A stretch of DNA of 64,000 nt from an uncultured Alphaproteobacteria bacterium (lineage in GTDB: Bacteria; Pseudomonadota; Alphaproteobacteria; HIMB59; GCA-002718135), in contig CACOAX010000001.1 of NCBI GenBank assembly GCA_902625365.1, forward strand, positions 173,329 to 237,328, written 5' to 3'. The notes beneath the pieces are model-generated. The model had not been told where the DNA came from. It searched no databases and worked only from the letters and a program-made list of their open reading frames with translations. The translations under genes were made by a program, and so were the position numbers. Positions 9,983 to 18,546 of the stretch are shown here, piece after piece. The stretch's first letter is position 1. Each line of letters starts with the position of its first letter.

Positions 9983-10588
9983 TTATAGCAGAACTTCCTC
10001 TGACACATTTATATCTGATATTTGATGCGAGCTAAATATTATTGATCCTTCCTTAGAACGATGATCTTCAAAAGTCTGCGCCATAACATCGATTGACTCA
10101 TTATCTAAATTGGACAAAGGTTCGTCTAAAATCCAAATTTTTTTGTTTTCTATAATTAATCGCAAAAACTCTAATTTTTTTGTTTCTCCAAATGATAACG
10201 AATTAACTTTTTGATCTAAATAAATATCTAATTTTAAAGTTTCTAAAATATTATCAACTTGAGAATTACTAATACTTGATAAAAAAAATTTTTTCCAAAT
10301 TTTAATATTTTCTTGAACTGATAAATTACTTAAACTTGATGTTCTGTCGGCTATATATGTAACATGATTAAAAAAATTATATAAATTTTTTTTTAATAAT
10401 TTTCCTTTCCAATATATAGCACCAGAAGAGGGTTCTATTAGGTTAAGTAATGCTTTTAATAATGTAGTTTTCCCTGAACCATTTTTCCCTTTTAATAATA
10501 TTATTTTTCCAGATCCAAGAGATAGATTAACATTTTCAAATATTTTTTTATTAGATCTTTCGATTGATAAATCTTTAACGAGTATCAT
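9983..10588 (-). CDS. ccmA: heme exporter ATP-binding protein CcmA
   Basis: Walker A GKNGSGKTTLLK, signature LSFGETKK, Walker B IWILDEP. Confidence 0.93.
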   Translation of the reverse strand: MILVKDLSIERSNKKIFENVNLSLGSGKIILLKGKNGSGKTTLLKALLNLIEPSSGAIYWKGKLLKKNLYNFFNHVTYIADRTSSLSNLSVQENIKIWKKFFLSSISNSQVDNILETLKLDIYLDQKVNSLSFGETKKLEFLRLIIENKKIWILDEPLSNLDNESIDVMAQTFEDHRSKEGSIIFSSHQISDINVSEEVLL

Positions 10589-10623
10589 TATTTAGATCTA
10601 ATTAATTTTTGATTTAAAACAAT

Positions 10624-10650
10624 AAAAAAAACGGGGCAGAACCCCGTTTT
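10624..10650 (-). terminator. intrinsic terminator (GC stem)
   Basis: ACGGGG(10631-10636)/CCCCGT(10642-10647) stem with a CAGA loop. A run of 8 T follows on the minus strand. Confidence 0.8.
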
Positions 10651-10675
10651 ATCTTTTTGAAAAAGATAAGAAAAA

Positions 10676-10698
10676 GAAAACTTTAAATTAAAGTTTTC
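10676..10698 (-). terminator. AU-rich perfect palindrome/hairpin just after the lysine-rich gene, followed by a T-run on the minus strand
   Basis: GAAAACTTTAA-A-TTAAAGTTTTC, an 11-bp perfect inverted repeat. On the minus strand it is followed by TTTTTC. Confidence 0.5.
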
Positions 10699-10717
10699 CT
10701 GAAAAATCGAAGTATTA

Positions 10718-10894
10718 CTATCTTCTCTTCTTCTTCTTTTTAGCAGCTTTCTTCTTCTTCTTTTTAGGAGCTGCTTTTTTCTTTTTCTTAGGAGCAGCTT
10801 TTTTCTTTTTCTTTTTAGGAGCTGCTTTTTTCTTTTTCTTAGGAGCTGCTTTTTTCTTTTTCTTTGGAGCAGCTTTCTTTTTCTTCTTAGCCAT
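10718..10894 (-). CDS. lysine/alanine-rich basic repeat protein, histone H1-like (58 aa)
   Basis: MAKKKKKAAPKKKKKAAPKKKKKAAPKKKKKKAAPKKKKKAAPKKKKKKAAKKKKKRR. Start chosen at ATG 10894 because AAGGAG lies 7 nt upstream. The ORF-track start at 10945 is probably an extension. Confidence 0.7.
   Translation of the reverse strand: MAKKKKKAAPKKKKKAAPKKKKKAAPKKKKKKAAPKKKKKAAPKKKKKKAAKKKKKRR
10741..10890 (-). repeat. in-frame tandem repeat, 24/27-nt unit, about 6 copies (encodes AAPKKKKK[K])
   Basis: Plus-strand units ggagc[t/a]gcttttttctttttctt(a/t/ttta) repeated head to tail. The tract is strongly pyrimidine-rich on the plus strand. Confidence 0.9.
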
Positions 10895-10960
10895 AAAATA
10901 CTCCTTGTATTTTGTTACCCCGGAGGAACCTCCCTCCATTATCACTTACATGATAATTAT
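10895..10960 (-). promoter_or_regulatory. structured 5' leader of the lysine-rich gene
   Basis: Read on the minus strand: ATTATCA/TGATAAT 7-bp hairpin (10938-10957), then GGAGGGAGG-UU-CCUCC (10922-10937), then AAGGAG SD (10901-10906). Confidence 0.3.
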
Positions 10961-11194
10961 AAAAGGCTAAGCTTTTATTCCCAAAACTTACGCTTAAAGT
11001 CAACAATATACCAATATTTAAAATTATATGAATTTTTATATAAAAAAAATTTTAAAAAAAATTCTTAATAAAAAAAAATTCACTAAGTTATTTTTATATT
11101 TTTTCGCAGAAATCTAATAATAAATTAACATTTTTCTATACAAAAAATGAACTACATATTAATGACACTTATTTAATTAAATCTTTTAAAAGTT

Positions 11195-13834
11195 ATGAAT
11201 AGCAAAAATTCTTTTAAGTCTGAAAAGGCTCTAGATATCGATAATAATACTTATAAGTATTTTGATATAAATGAAGTTGCTAAGCAGTTTAATCTTAACC
11301 TTTTACAAGTTCCTATTTCATTAAAAATTCTATTAGAAAACCTATTAAGAAACGAAGATGGGGAAAGTATTAACAAAGACATGATTTCCTCTGTTTTTAG
11401 ATCGCTGAATAATAATGATGATGAAAAAAAAGAGATTTCCTTTTTTCCAACAAGAGTATTAATGCAAGACTTCACAGGTGTGCCAGCTGTTGCAGATTTA
11501 GCGGCAATGAGAAATGCTCTAAAAAATAGAGGGTTGAAACCAACTATAATAAATCCTTTATCTAGAGTTGATTTAGTTATTGATCACTCGGTGATGGTAG
11601 ATAAATATAAAATTCATGATGCTTTAGAACAAAATGTTAAAAAAGAATTTGAAAGAAATAAAGAAAGATATGAATTTTTAAAATGGGGCCAAGAGTCATT
11701 CAACAACTTTTACTTAGTTCCACCAGGTGCAGGAATATGTCACCAAGTGAATTTAGAAAACATAGCTAAAACCATATGGATTAAAGAAATTAATAATCAA
11801 AAATATTTATTCCCAGATTCTGTAGTTGGAACAGATAGTCATACTACTATGGTCAACTCTCTTTCAGTTTTAGGTTGGGGTGTAGGTGGTATAGAAGCTG
11901 AAGCTGCAATGCTTGGGCAACCTATTTCTATGAACATCCCAGAGGTTGTAGGTTTTGAATTAACTGGCTCATTGAAAGATGGTATTACTGCAACCGATCT
12001 AGTTCTTACAATAACCCAAATTTTAAGAAAAAGTGGAGTAGTGGGTAAATTTGTAGAATTTTATGGGAAAGGTCTTCACAATTTATCACTTGCGGATAGA
12101 GCAACAATTTCAAACATGGCTCCAGAGTATGGTGCCACGTGTGGTTTTTTTCCAACTGATAATGAGACACTGAACTATTTAAAATTGACAGGAAAAAATG
12201 ATCATCATTTAAAAATAGTCAAAGAGTACGTAAAGAAACAATATATGTGGGCAGATGAAAGTTATAATCCTATCTACAGTAAAAAAATAGTTTTAGACTT
12301 AAGTATTATTGAACCATCTTTAGCAGGACCCAAACGCCCACAAGACAAGATATTATTAAAAGATGTTCCAAGTGAGTTTAAAAAAATAGAAACAAAATAT
12401 GAATATAGTAATAATCAAAAAATTAATAATGGAGATATAGTAATTGCTGCAATTACAAGTTGTACTAATACTTCAAACCCCAATGTTATGGTCGCAGCTG
12501 GTTTAGTTGCAAAAAAAGCAGTACAATGTAATTTAGAAGTTAAACCATGGGTTAAAACTAGTTTAGCTCCAGGTAGTAAAGTTGTAAGTGATTATCTAGA
12601 CAAGGCAGGCTTAACTTCTTACCTAGATAAAATAGGTTTCAAGACAGTAGGTTATGGTTGTACAACCTGTATAGGAAATTCAGGACCCTTAGATAGTTGG
12701 GTATCAGATGAAATTAAATCAAGAGATCTTACAGTTTGTTCAGTATTATCTGGCAATAGAAATTTTGAGGGAAGAGTTCATCAATATGTTAAGGCAAATT
12801 TTCTTGCATCTCCACCATTAGTTGTTGCATATGCTTTGGCAGGAAACATTAATATAAATCTTACTGATGAACCAATTGGCAAATCAAAAGATGGTAAAGA
12901 ATATTTTCTCAAAGATCTTTGGCCAACTAATGAGGAAATTAATAATCTATTAAATTCTTCATTAACTCCTGAAATGTTTAGAAAAAGATACGAAGAAATT
13001 TATGAAGGTGATGATAATTGGAAGTCTATTGAAAGTTCAAAAAACACAACCTTTAACTGGAATGAAACAAGCACTTATATAAAACATCCACCTTTTTTTG
13101 ATACTAAAAATAATATTGAATTAAAAGATATTGAGAATGCTAGAATTTTAGCATTGCTTGGAGATAGTGTAACAACAGATCATATATCACCAGCGGGTAG
13201 TATAAAAGAGGAAAGCCCAGCTGGTTCCTACTTACTCGATAGACAGATAAATTTTAATAATTTTAACTCATATGGTTCTAGAAGGGGAAATCATGAAATT
13301 ATGATGAGAGGTACTTTTGCCAATATAAGAATTAAGAATGAGATATTAGATAATGTAGAGGGTGGCTACACCAAATCTTTTGTTTCTAATAAACAAATGT
13401 CAATTTATGATGCTTCACAAGAATATATTAGTAATAAAATAGATACTATAATTATAGCTGGAAAAGAGTATGGAACAGGATCTTCGCGTGATTGGGCAGC
13501 TAAAGGAACAAAATTACTTGGAATAAAAGCTGTCATTGCAGAAAGCTTTGAAAGAATTCATAGATCTAATCTTATAGGTATGGGAGTTTTGCCACTAGAA
13601 TTTGTTGATAGTCAAAATAAAAAGAACCTTAAAATGACAGGTGAAGAAAAGATTTCAATTTTAGGCATAGAAGGTTTAGAGCCTGGCTGCATACTTAATT
13701 GTAATATTGTTTCCCAAGAAACAAAAAAAATCAAACTTAAATGCAGAATAGATACAAATAAGGAGTTAGCTTATTACAAAGCAGGAGGTATTTTAAACTA
13801 CGTATTAAATGATATTATTTCAAAAGCTGCTTAG
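11195..13834 (+). CDS. acnA: aconitate hydratase A
   Basis: 879 aa; Fe-S ligand motifs ITSCTNTSNP and GCTTCIGNSG; GSSRDWAAKG swivel domain. Confidence 0.97.
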   Translation: MNSKNSFKSEKALDIDNNTYKYFDINEVAKQFNLNLLQVPISLKILLENLLRNEDGESINKDMISSVFRSLNNNDDEKKEISFFPTRVLMQDFTGVPAVADLAAMRNALKNRGLKPTIINPLSRVDLVIDHSVMVDKYKIHDALEQNVKKEFERNKERYEFLKWGQESFNNFYLVPPGAGICHQVNLENIAKTIWIKEINNQKYLFPDSVVGTDSHTTMVNSLSVLGWGVGGIEAEAAMLGQPISMNIPEVVGFELTGSLKDGITATDLVLTITQILRKSGVVGKFVEFYGKGLHNLSLADRATISNMAPEYGATCGFFPTDNETLNYLKLTGKNDHHLKIVKEYVKKQYMWADESYNPIYSKKIVLDLSIIEPSLAGPKRPQDKILLKDVPSEFKKIETKYEYSNNQKINNGDIVIAAITSCTNTSNPNVMVAAGLVAKKAVQCNLEVKPWVKTSLAPGSKVVSDYLDKAGLTSYLDKIGFKTVGYGCTTCIGNSGPLDSWVSDEIKSRDLTVCSVLSGNRNFEGRVHQYVKANFLASPPLVVAYALAGNININLTDEPIGKSKDGKEYFLKDLWPTNEEINNLLNSSLTPEMFRKRYEEIYEGDDNWKSIESSKNTTFNWNETSTYIKHPPFFDTKNNIELKDIENARILALLGDSVTTDHISPAGSIKEESPAGSYLLDRQINFNNFNSYGSRRGNHEIMMRGTFANIRIKNEILDNVEGGYTKSFVSNKQMSIYDASQEYISNKIDTIIIAGKEYGTGSSRDWAAKGTKLLGIKAVIAESFERIHRSNLIGMGVLPLEFVDSQNKKNLKMTGEEKISILGIEGLEPGCILNCNIVSQETKKIKLKCRIDTNKELAYYKAGGILNYVLNDIISKAA

Positions 13835-13840
13835 TTTATA

Positions 13841-16390
13841 ATGTCAAACGAAGAAGGAAATTTATTAGCTATACTTGGGCCTACTAATACAGGTAAAACC
13901 TATGCAGCATTTGAAAAATTACTCTCTTACTCTTCTGGAATATTTGGTTTTCCGTTAAGACTACTTGCAAGGGAAAATTACGATAAAGCAGTAAAAAGAA
14001 TTGGGCTTAGTAAAGTAGCCTTAGTTACTGGTGAGGAAAAAATATTACCTAAAGAAGCAAAATACTTTTTCTGTACTGTTGAATCAATGCCAAATAATAT
14101 TTCCGTAGATTGTGTTATTATAGATGAAATTCAATTAGCTGCTGATTATGAAAGAGGGCATATTTTTACAGATAGGATTCTAAATTTAAAAGGTAATTTT
14201 CAAACTATTTTTTTAGGATCAATAAATGTTGAAAATATTTTAAAAAAAATCTACCCAAACATTACTATTGAAAAAAAAAATAGATTTTCTCAACTTACAT
14301 TTTTAAGGAAACAAAATTTTTCAAAACTTGAACCTAGATCTGCAATAATAGCATTTAATATTAACAAAGTTTATGAAATTGCTGAAAATATTAGAACCTA
14401 TAAGGGTGGAACTGCAGTTGTATTAGGATCACTTAGTCCAAGAACTAGAAATGCCCAAGTTGAGGTATATGAAAACAAAAATGTTGATTATCTTGTAGCT
14501 ACGGATGCTATTGGTATGGGTTTAAATTTAAATATTAATCATGTAAGTTTTTCTTCTCTAGAGAAATTTGACGGCAGATATAATCGAAATCTTTCTCCTA
14601 ATGAATTGGGTCAAATTGCTGGAAGAGCTGGTAGATATAAACAAGATGGCACATTTAGCCATACAAAAGATGCAGGTGATTTAGATCCTTTGATAATTCA
14701 ACAAATAGAAAAACATAATTTTGATAAAATTCAAAAATTTTATTGGCGAAATAGCGATTTAGATTTCAATTCTACGGAAACACTATTATCTTCATTAAAA
14801 AAATATCCTATTAATAATTATTTCATTCATAAAAAAAATGCTTTGGATGAGGTAAATTTTCGTAATTTAATTAATGACAATGATATACAAAAATTTCTTA
14901 AATCAAAAAAAAATTTAAAGCTATTATGGGATATTTGCCAAATTCCAGATTTTGAAAAACTATTTAATGATAATTACTTACTACTCTTAAAAGATATATA
15001 CTTAGTCTTAATCGAAAATAATTATTATATACCTGAAGAATGGATCAATACTAAAATAAGTAAGCTTGATAACTTTGGAGGGGGTATACCTGAACTCTCA
15101 ATCAAAATATCCCAAATTAGAACTTGGACATATATTTCAAATAATCATAATTGGTTAAAAAATACATATTATTGGAAAGAAAAAACTCAGCAAATTGAAA
15201 ATGAATTATCAGATCAATTACATAATAGTCTGACAAATAAATTTATAGATTATTCCTCTAAATTTTTTATGGGAGAAAAAAAATCTTTTAATACTGAAGA
15301 TATTTTCTTAAAAAATAACAATGAAATATTTCTAGACAAGGATAAATATGGAATTATCAAAGGTTTTGATCTAATTGAAGATAAAAAAATATTTTCACAA
15401 TCTCTTTTTTCGATTAGTAATATAAAAAAATCAATAAGAAATATGATTAATAAAAAAGTAGAAAATTTTCTTAACTCACCAACTGACTCTATAAATTTTG
15501 GTGATATTGGTAAATCCAAAATCAATGATGACACATTTATTTATTGGGGTGATGAACCAATTGGTAAATTAAAAAAAGGTAAATCGATATATAAGCCAAT
15601 TGCCGATGCCTTAAATTCTGAATATTTATCATCTGAAAATAAATTATTGGTTTCTGCAAAACTTCAAAAATGGTTAGATAATGAAATAAATGAAACACTT
15701 CATCCTCTTAATACAAGTTTAGATGATAATATTAATTCAGAAATTAGAGCAATTGCTTTTAACTGCCTTGAAAATTTTGGAAATTATCCAATTGAGAGAT
15801 TTAAAGACACCTTAAAGACAATTTCTCAAGAAAGTAGAAATCAACTTTCTAAGTTAGGGATTAGAGTTGGAGCAAAATATTTCTTTATACCAAGTTTATT
15901 AAAGAAAAAACCTTTGGAATTCTGTGCAATTTTATGGAAAACATTTTATCAAATTAGAATTAATGATTATTTACCATTACCACTAAATGGCAGGGTGTCT
16001 TTTATATCAGAGATCAAAATGCCTGATAATTATTGGCAATCCATTGGCTATATAAAAATAAATAATTTTCTATTCAGAATAGATGTTTTTGAAAAAATTT
16101 TTTTCATCGCAAGACAGAAGTTAAAGAATGGCCCTTTTTTAGAGTCATCTGATCTTATGAATCCAATAGGATGTAATAGCAATCAATTAAAAGATATAAT
16201 GACTTTCTGTGGTTATGAATATTTAATTATTTCTGACGAAAAGAAACTTTTCTTTCTTTCCAGCAATAAAAAAACAACAAAAAAAGAAGTGAAAAATAAA
16301 TCTATAAAAAAAATAAATAAAGCAAAACACAAAGATAAAATCAAAAAAGATCCGAATTCTCCTTTTGCAGTTTTAGAAAAACTTCTTTAA
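13841..16390 (+). CDS. SUV3-like ATP-dependent helicase with long C-terminal region of unknown function
   Basis: GPTNTGKTY Walker A, PLRLLARE, IIDEIQL, ATDAIGMGLNLNI, QIAGRAGR: the helicase motif pattern of the SUV3 family. About 500 further residues have no motif I recognise. Confidence 0.8.
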   Translation: MSNEEGNLLAILGPTNTGKTYAAFEKLLSYSSGIFGFPLRLLARENYDKAVKRIGLSKVALVTGEEKILPKEAKYFFCTVESMPNNISVDCVIIDEIQLAADYERGHIFTDRILNLKGNFQTIFLGSINVENILKKIYPNITIEKKNRFSQLTFLRKQNFSKLEPRSAIIAFNINKVYEIAENIRTYKGGTAVVLGSLSPRTRNAQVEVYENKNVDYLVATDAIGMGLNLNINHVSFSSLEKFDGRYNRNLSPNELGQIAGRAGRYKQDGTFSHTKDAGDLDPLIIQQIEKHNFDKIQKFYWRNSDLDFNSTETLLSSLKKYPINNYFIHKKNALDEVNFRNLINDNDIQKFLKSKKNLKLLWDICQIPDFEKLFNDNYLLLLKDIYLVLIENNYYIPEEWINTKISKLDNFGGGIPELSIKISQIRTWTYISNNHNWLKNTYYWKEKTQQIENELSDQLHNSLTNKFIDYSSKFFMGEKKSFNTEDIFLKNNNEIFLDKDKYGIIKGFDLIEDKKIFSQSLFSISNIKKSIRNMINKKVENFLNSPTDSINFGDIGKSKINDDTFIYWGDEPIGKLKKGKSIYKPIADALNSEYLSSENKLLVSAKLQKWLDNEINETLHPLNTSLDDNINSEIRAIAFNCLENFGNYPIERFKDTLKTISQESRNQLSKLGIRVGAKYFFIPSLLKKKPLEFCAILWKTFYQIRINDYLPLPLNGRVSFISEIKMPDNYWQSIGYIKINNFLFRIDVFEKIFFIARQKLKNGPFLESSDLMNPIGCNSNQLKDIMTFCGYEYLIISDEKKLFFLSSNKKTTKKEVKNKSIKKINKAKHKDKIKKDPNSPFAVLEKLL

Positions 16391-16410
16391 AGGTATATTA
16401 TAGGTATAAA

Positions 16411-16860
16411 TTGATAAACTTATTAAAAAATATATTAAAAAGTCAAAATTCTCAAGATGATAACAATAATAACAAAGACTTAGAATTACTCTGTGGATTG
16501 ATGATTGAGGCTGCGTATACAGATGGTAAAGTAGATGCAACCGAAATAAACAATATAAAATTAAGTTTAATCAATATATTTTCTGAGGATCCAAAAGAAG
16601 TTAATTTAGTTCTTGAAAAGGCAGAGATAAATAAAAATAATCCTAAATCTCTTCACCATTATACTTCATTAATAAATAAAAGTTTTGATGATAAAAAGAA
16701 AATTCTACTGATTGAGGCTTTATGGGAAATTGTATTATCTGATGGAGAAATACATGATTTTGAGTCAAATCTTATAAGAAGACTTTCTGGATTGCTCTAT
16801 ATTTCTGATGTAGACTCTGGAAATGCTAGAAAAAGAGCTCTAGATAAAAAACAAAAATAA
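16411..16860 (+). CDS. TerB-like (tellurite resistance TerB / DjlA N-terminal domain family) protein
   Basis: [16 protein letters not shown] and [22 protein letters not shown] paired-helix repeats. TTG start. Confidence 0.7.
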   Translation: MINLLKNILKSQNSQDDNNNNKDLELLCGLMIEAAYTDGKVDATEINNIKLSLINIFSEDPKEVNLVLEKAEINKNNPKSLHHYTSLINKSFDDKKKILLIEALWEIVLSDGEIHDFESNLIRRLSGLLYISDVDSGNARKRALDKKQK

Positions 16861-16861
16861 T

Positions 16862-17194
16862 ATGACATATGTTGTTGATGAAAAATGTATAAAATGCAAG
16901 CATATGGATTGTGTAGAAGTGTGTCCGGTGGATTGCTTTTATGAAGGTGAAAATATGTTGGTCATTCATCCAGATGAATGTATAGACTGTGGTGTGTGTG
17001 AACCAGAGTGTCCTGCTGAGGCAATTCTATCTGATACAGAAGATGGAATTGAAAAGTGGGCTGAATTAAATAGAAAATACTCTGAGATATGGCCCAATAT
17101 TAGTGAAAAAAAGGAACCGCCTGATGATGCAGAAAAATGGCAAAATGTTGAAGACAAATTCAATAAACACTTTAGTGAAAAACCCGGAAGATAA
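16862..17194 (+). CDS. fdxA: ferredoxin (7Fe, FdxA type)
   Basis: MTYVV...[18 protein letters not shown]...[16 protein letters not shown]. Confidence 0.95.
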   Translation: MTYVVDEKCIKCKHMDCVEVCPVDCFYEGENMLVIHPDECIDCGVCEPECPAEAILSDTEDGIEKWAELNRKYSEIWPNISEKKEPPDDAEKWQNVEDKFNKHFSEKPGR

Positions 17195-17698
17195 ATGAAA
17201 ACAAAAAAAAACTCAGAATTTAAAATAGGTGAAACGGTAGTTTATCCAAAACATGGAGTTGGTGAAATTACAAAAATAGAAAATATGGAAATATCAAATA
17301 TTAAAACAATTTTTTATGTAGTCAAAATGGAACAATCTAAGCTAGTAATTAGAGTACCAATAGATAAAAAAGATGAAGTTGGTTTGAGAAGGATCTCCTC
17401 AAAAAAAACTATAGAAGAAGTTTATTCCACATTAAAGTTAAAACCAAAAATAAGAAGAATCATGTGGAGTAGAAGAGCACAAGAGTATGAAACAAAGATT
17501 TTTTCAGGTGATCCAATAAAAATTTCAGAAGTAGTAAGGGACTTATTTAGAAAAAGTAGTCAAGCAGAACAATCCTACAGTGAAAGACAAATGTTTCAAG
17601 TTGCAATCGAACGTTTAGCAAGAGAAGTTGCGGCTGTGGAAAAAACTGATTATTTCCAATCAACAGAAAAAATAGAACAAATTTTGAGTAAAAAATAA
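17195..17698 (+). CDS. carD: CarD/CdnL family transcriptional regulator
   Basis: FKIGETVVYPKHGVGEI N-terminal Tudor-like domain, 167 aa. Confidence 0.93.
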   Translation: MKTKKNSEFKIGETVVYPKHGVGEITKIENMEISNIKTIFYVVKMEQSKLVIRVPIDKKDEVGLRRISSKKTIEEVYSTLKLKPKIRRIMWSRRAQEYETKIFSGDPIKISEVVRDLFRKSSQAEQSYSERQMFQVAIERLAREVAAVEKTDYFQSTEKIEQILSKK

Positions 17699-17702
17699 TA
17701 TT

Positions 17703-18515
17703 TTGGAAAACATTAGTAATTTTGTAGAATTAAAAAAATCAGATAAAATATGGGCTATAGGCTCAATACATTCAAACTTAAAATCATTTACTTCTATAAA
17801 GGAATTTCTTCTAAAAAATTTTGAAGAAAATGACAAATTAATATTTCTTGGTAATGTTATAGGACTTGGAAACAATTCAAAAGAAACTCTAAGTAGTGTC
17901 ATAGACTTAAGGTTTAGCTTAATGTCAAAATTTACATTAAAACCAGACTCGATTGTCTTTTTAAGAGGAGCACAAGAAGAAATGTTTAGTAAATTGCTAC
18001 AACTACAACTTGCCCCTAATCCTAATGAGGTAATTGAATGGATGTTCGATCACGGTGTAAATGAAACAATCAAATCTTATGGATTTTTAGAAAAAGAAGT
18101 CAAAAACATAGCCTCTTCAGGAACAATAAATATTACAAAATGGACAACAACTTTAAATAAGGTTTTAAATAAAAATCCTGGTCATACACAATATTTTTTA
18201 AATTTGAAACACGCTGCATACTCAAATACAAAAAAAATATTATTTGTAAATAGAGGTGTTGATATAACTAGACCGCTTTCTGCACAAAATGATTGTTTTT
18301 GGTGGGGTTTTCAAAATTTTTCTTCAATAAATAGACCATACAAAACATTCTTAAGAATTGTTAGAGGCTATGAATCTGAGCACTTTAATAAAAAAGAAAT
18401 TTCAAAAAATAATGTTGTTTGTACTTTATTCAAACAACCTTTATCTAATAAAAGTGTATTATGTGGTATTTTCTCTGAAAATGGAGAAATTTTAGATTTA
18501 TTTGAAAATAAATGA
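17703..18515 (+). CDS. metallophosphoesterase (PPP/PrpA-ApaH-like) homolog with degenerate catalytic motifs
   Basis: IWAIGSIHSNL, LIFLGNVIGLG and VFLRGAQEEM align in order and spacing to the GDxHG, GDxxDRG and GNHE motifs, but with metal ligands replaced. TTG start. Confidence 0.65.
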   Translation: MENISNFVELKKSDKIWAIGSIHSNLKSFTSIKEFLLKNFEENDKLIFLGNVIGLGNNSKETLSSVIDLRFSLMSKFTLKPDSIVFLRGAQEEMFSKLLQLQLAPNPNEVIEWMFDHGVNETIKSYGFLEKEVKNIASSGTINITKWTTTLNKVLNKNPGHTQYFLNLKHAAYSNTKKILFVNRGVDITRPLSAQNDCFWWGFQNFSSINRPYKTFLRIVRGYESEHFNKKEISKNNVVCTLFKQPLSNKSVLCGIFSENGEILDLFENK

Positions 18516-18546
18516 TCCAATTCAAATATACTACGTATAATACAGT

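Noticed and set aside
10741-10890. A regularly spaced short repeat could suggest a CRISPR-like array or a non-coding satellite.
   Set aside because: The units are contiguous with no spacers, are in frame, and encode a continuous AAPKKKKK repeat with a start codon, SD and terminators. It is a coding tandem repeat.
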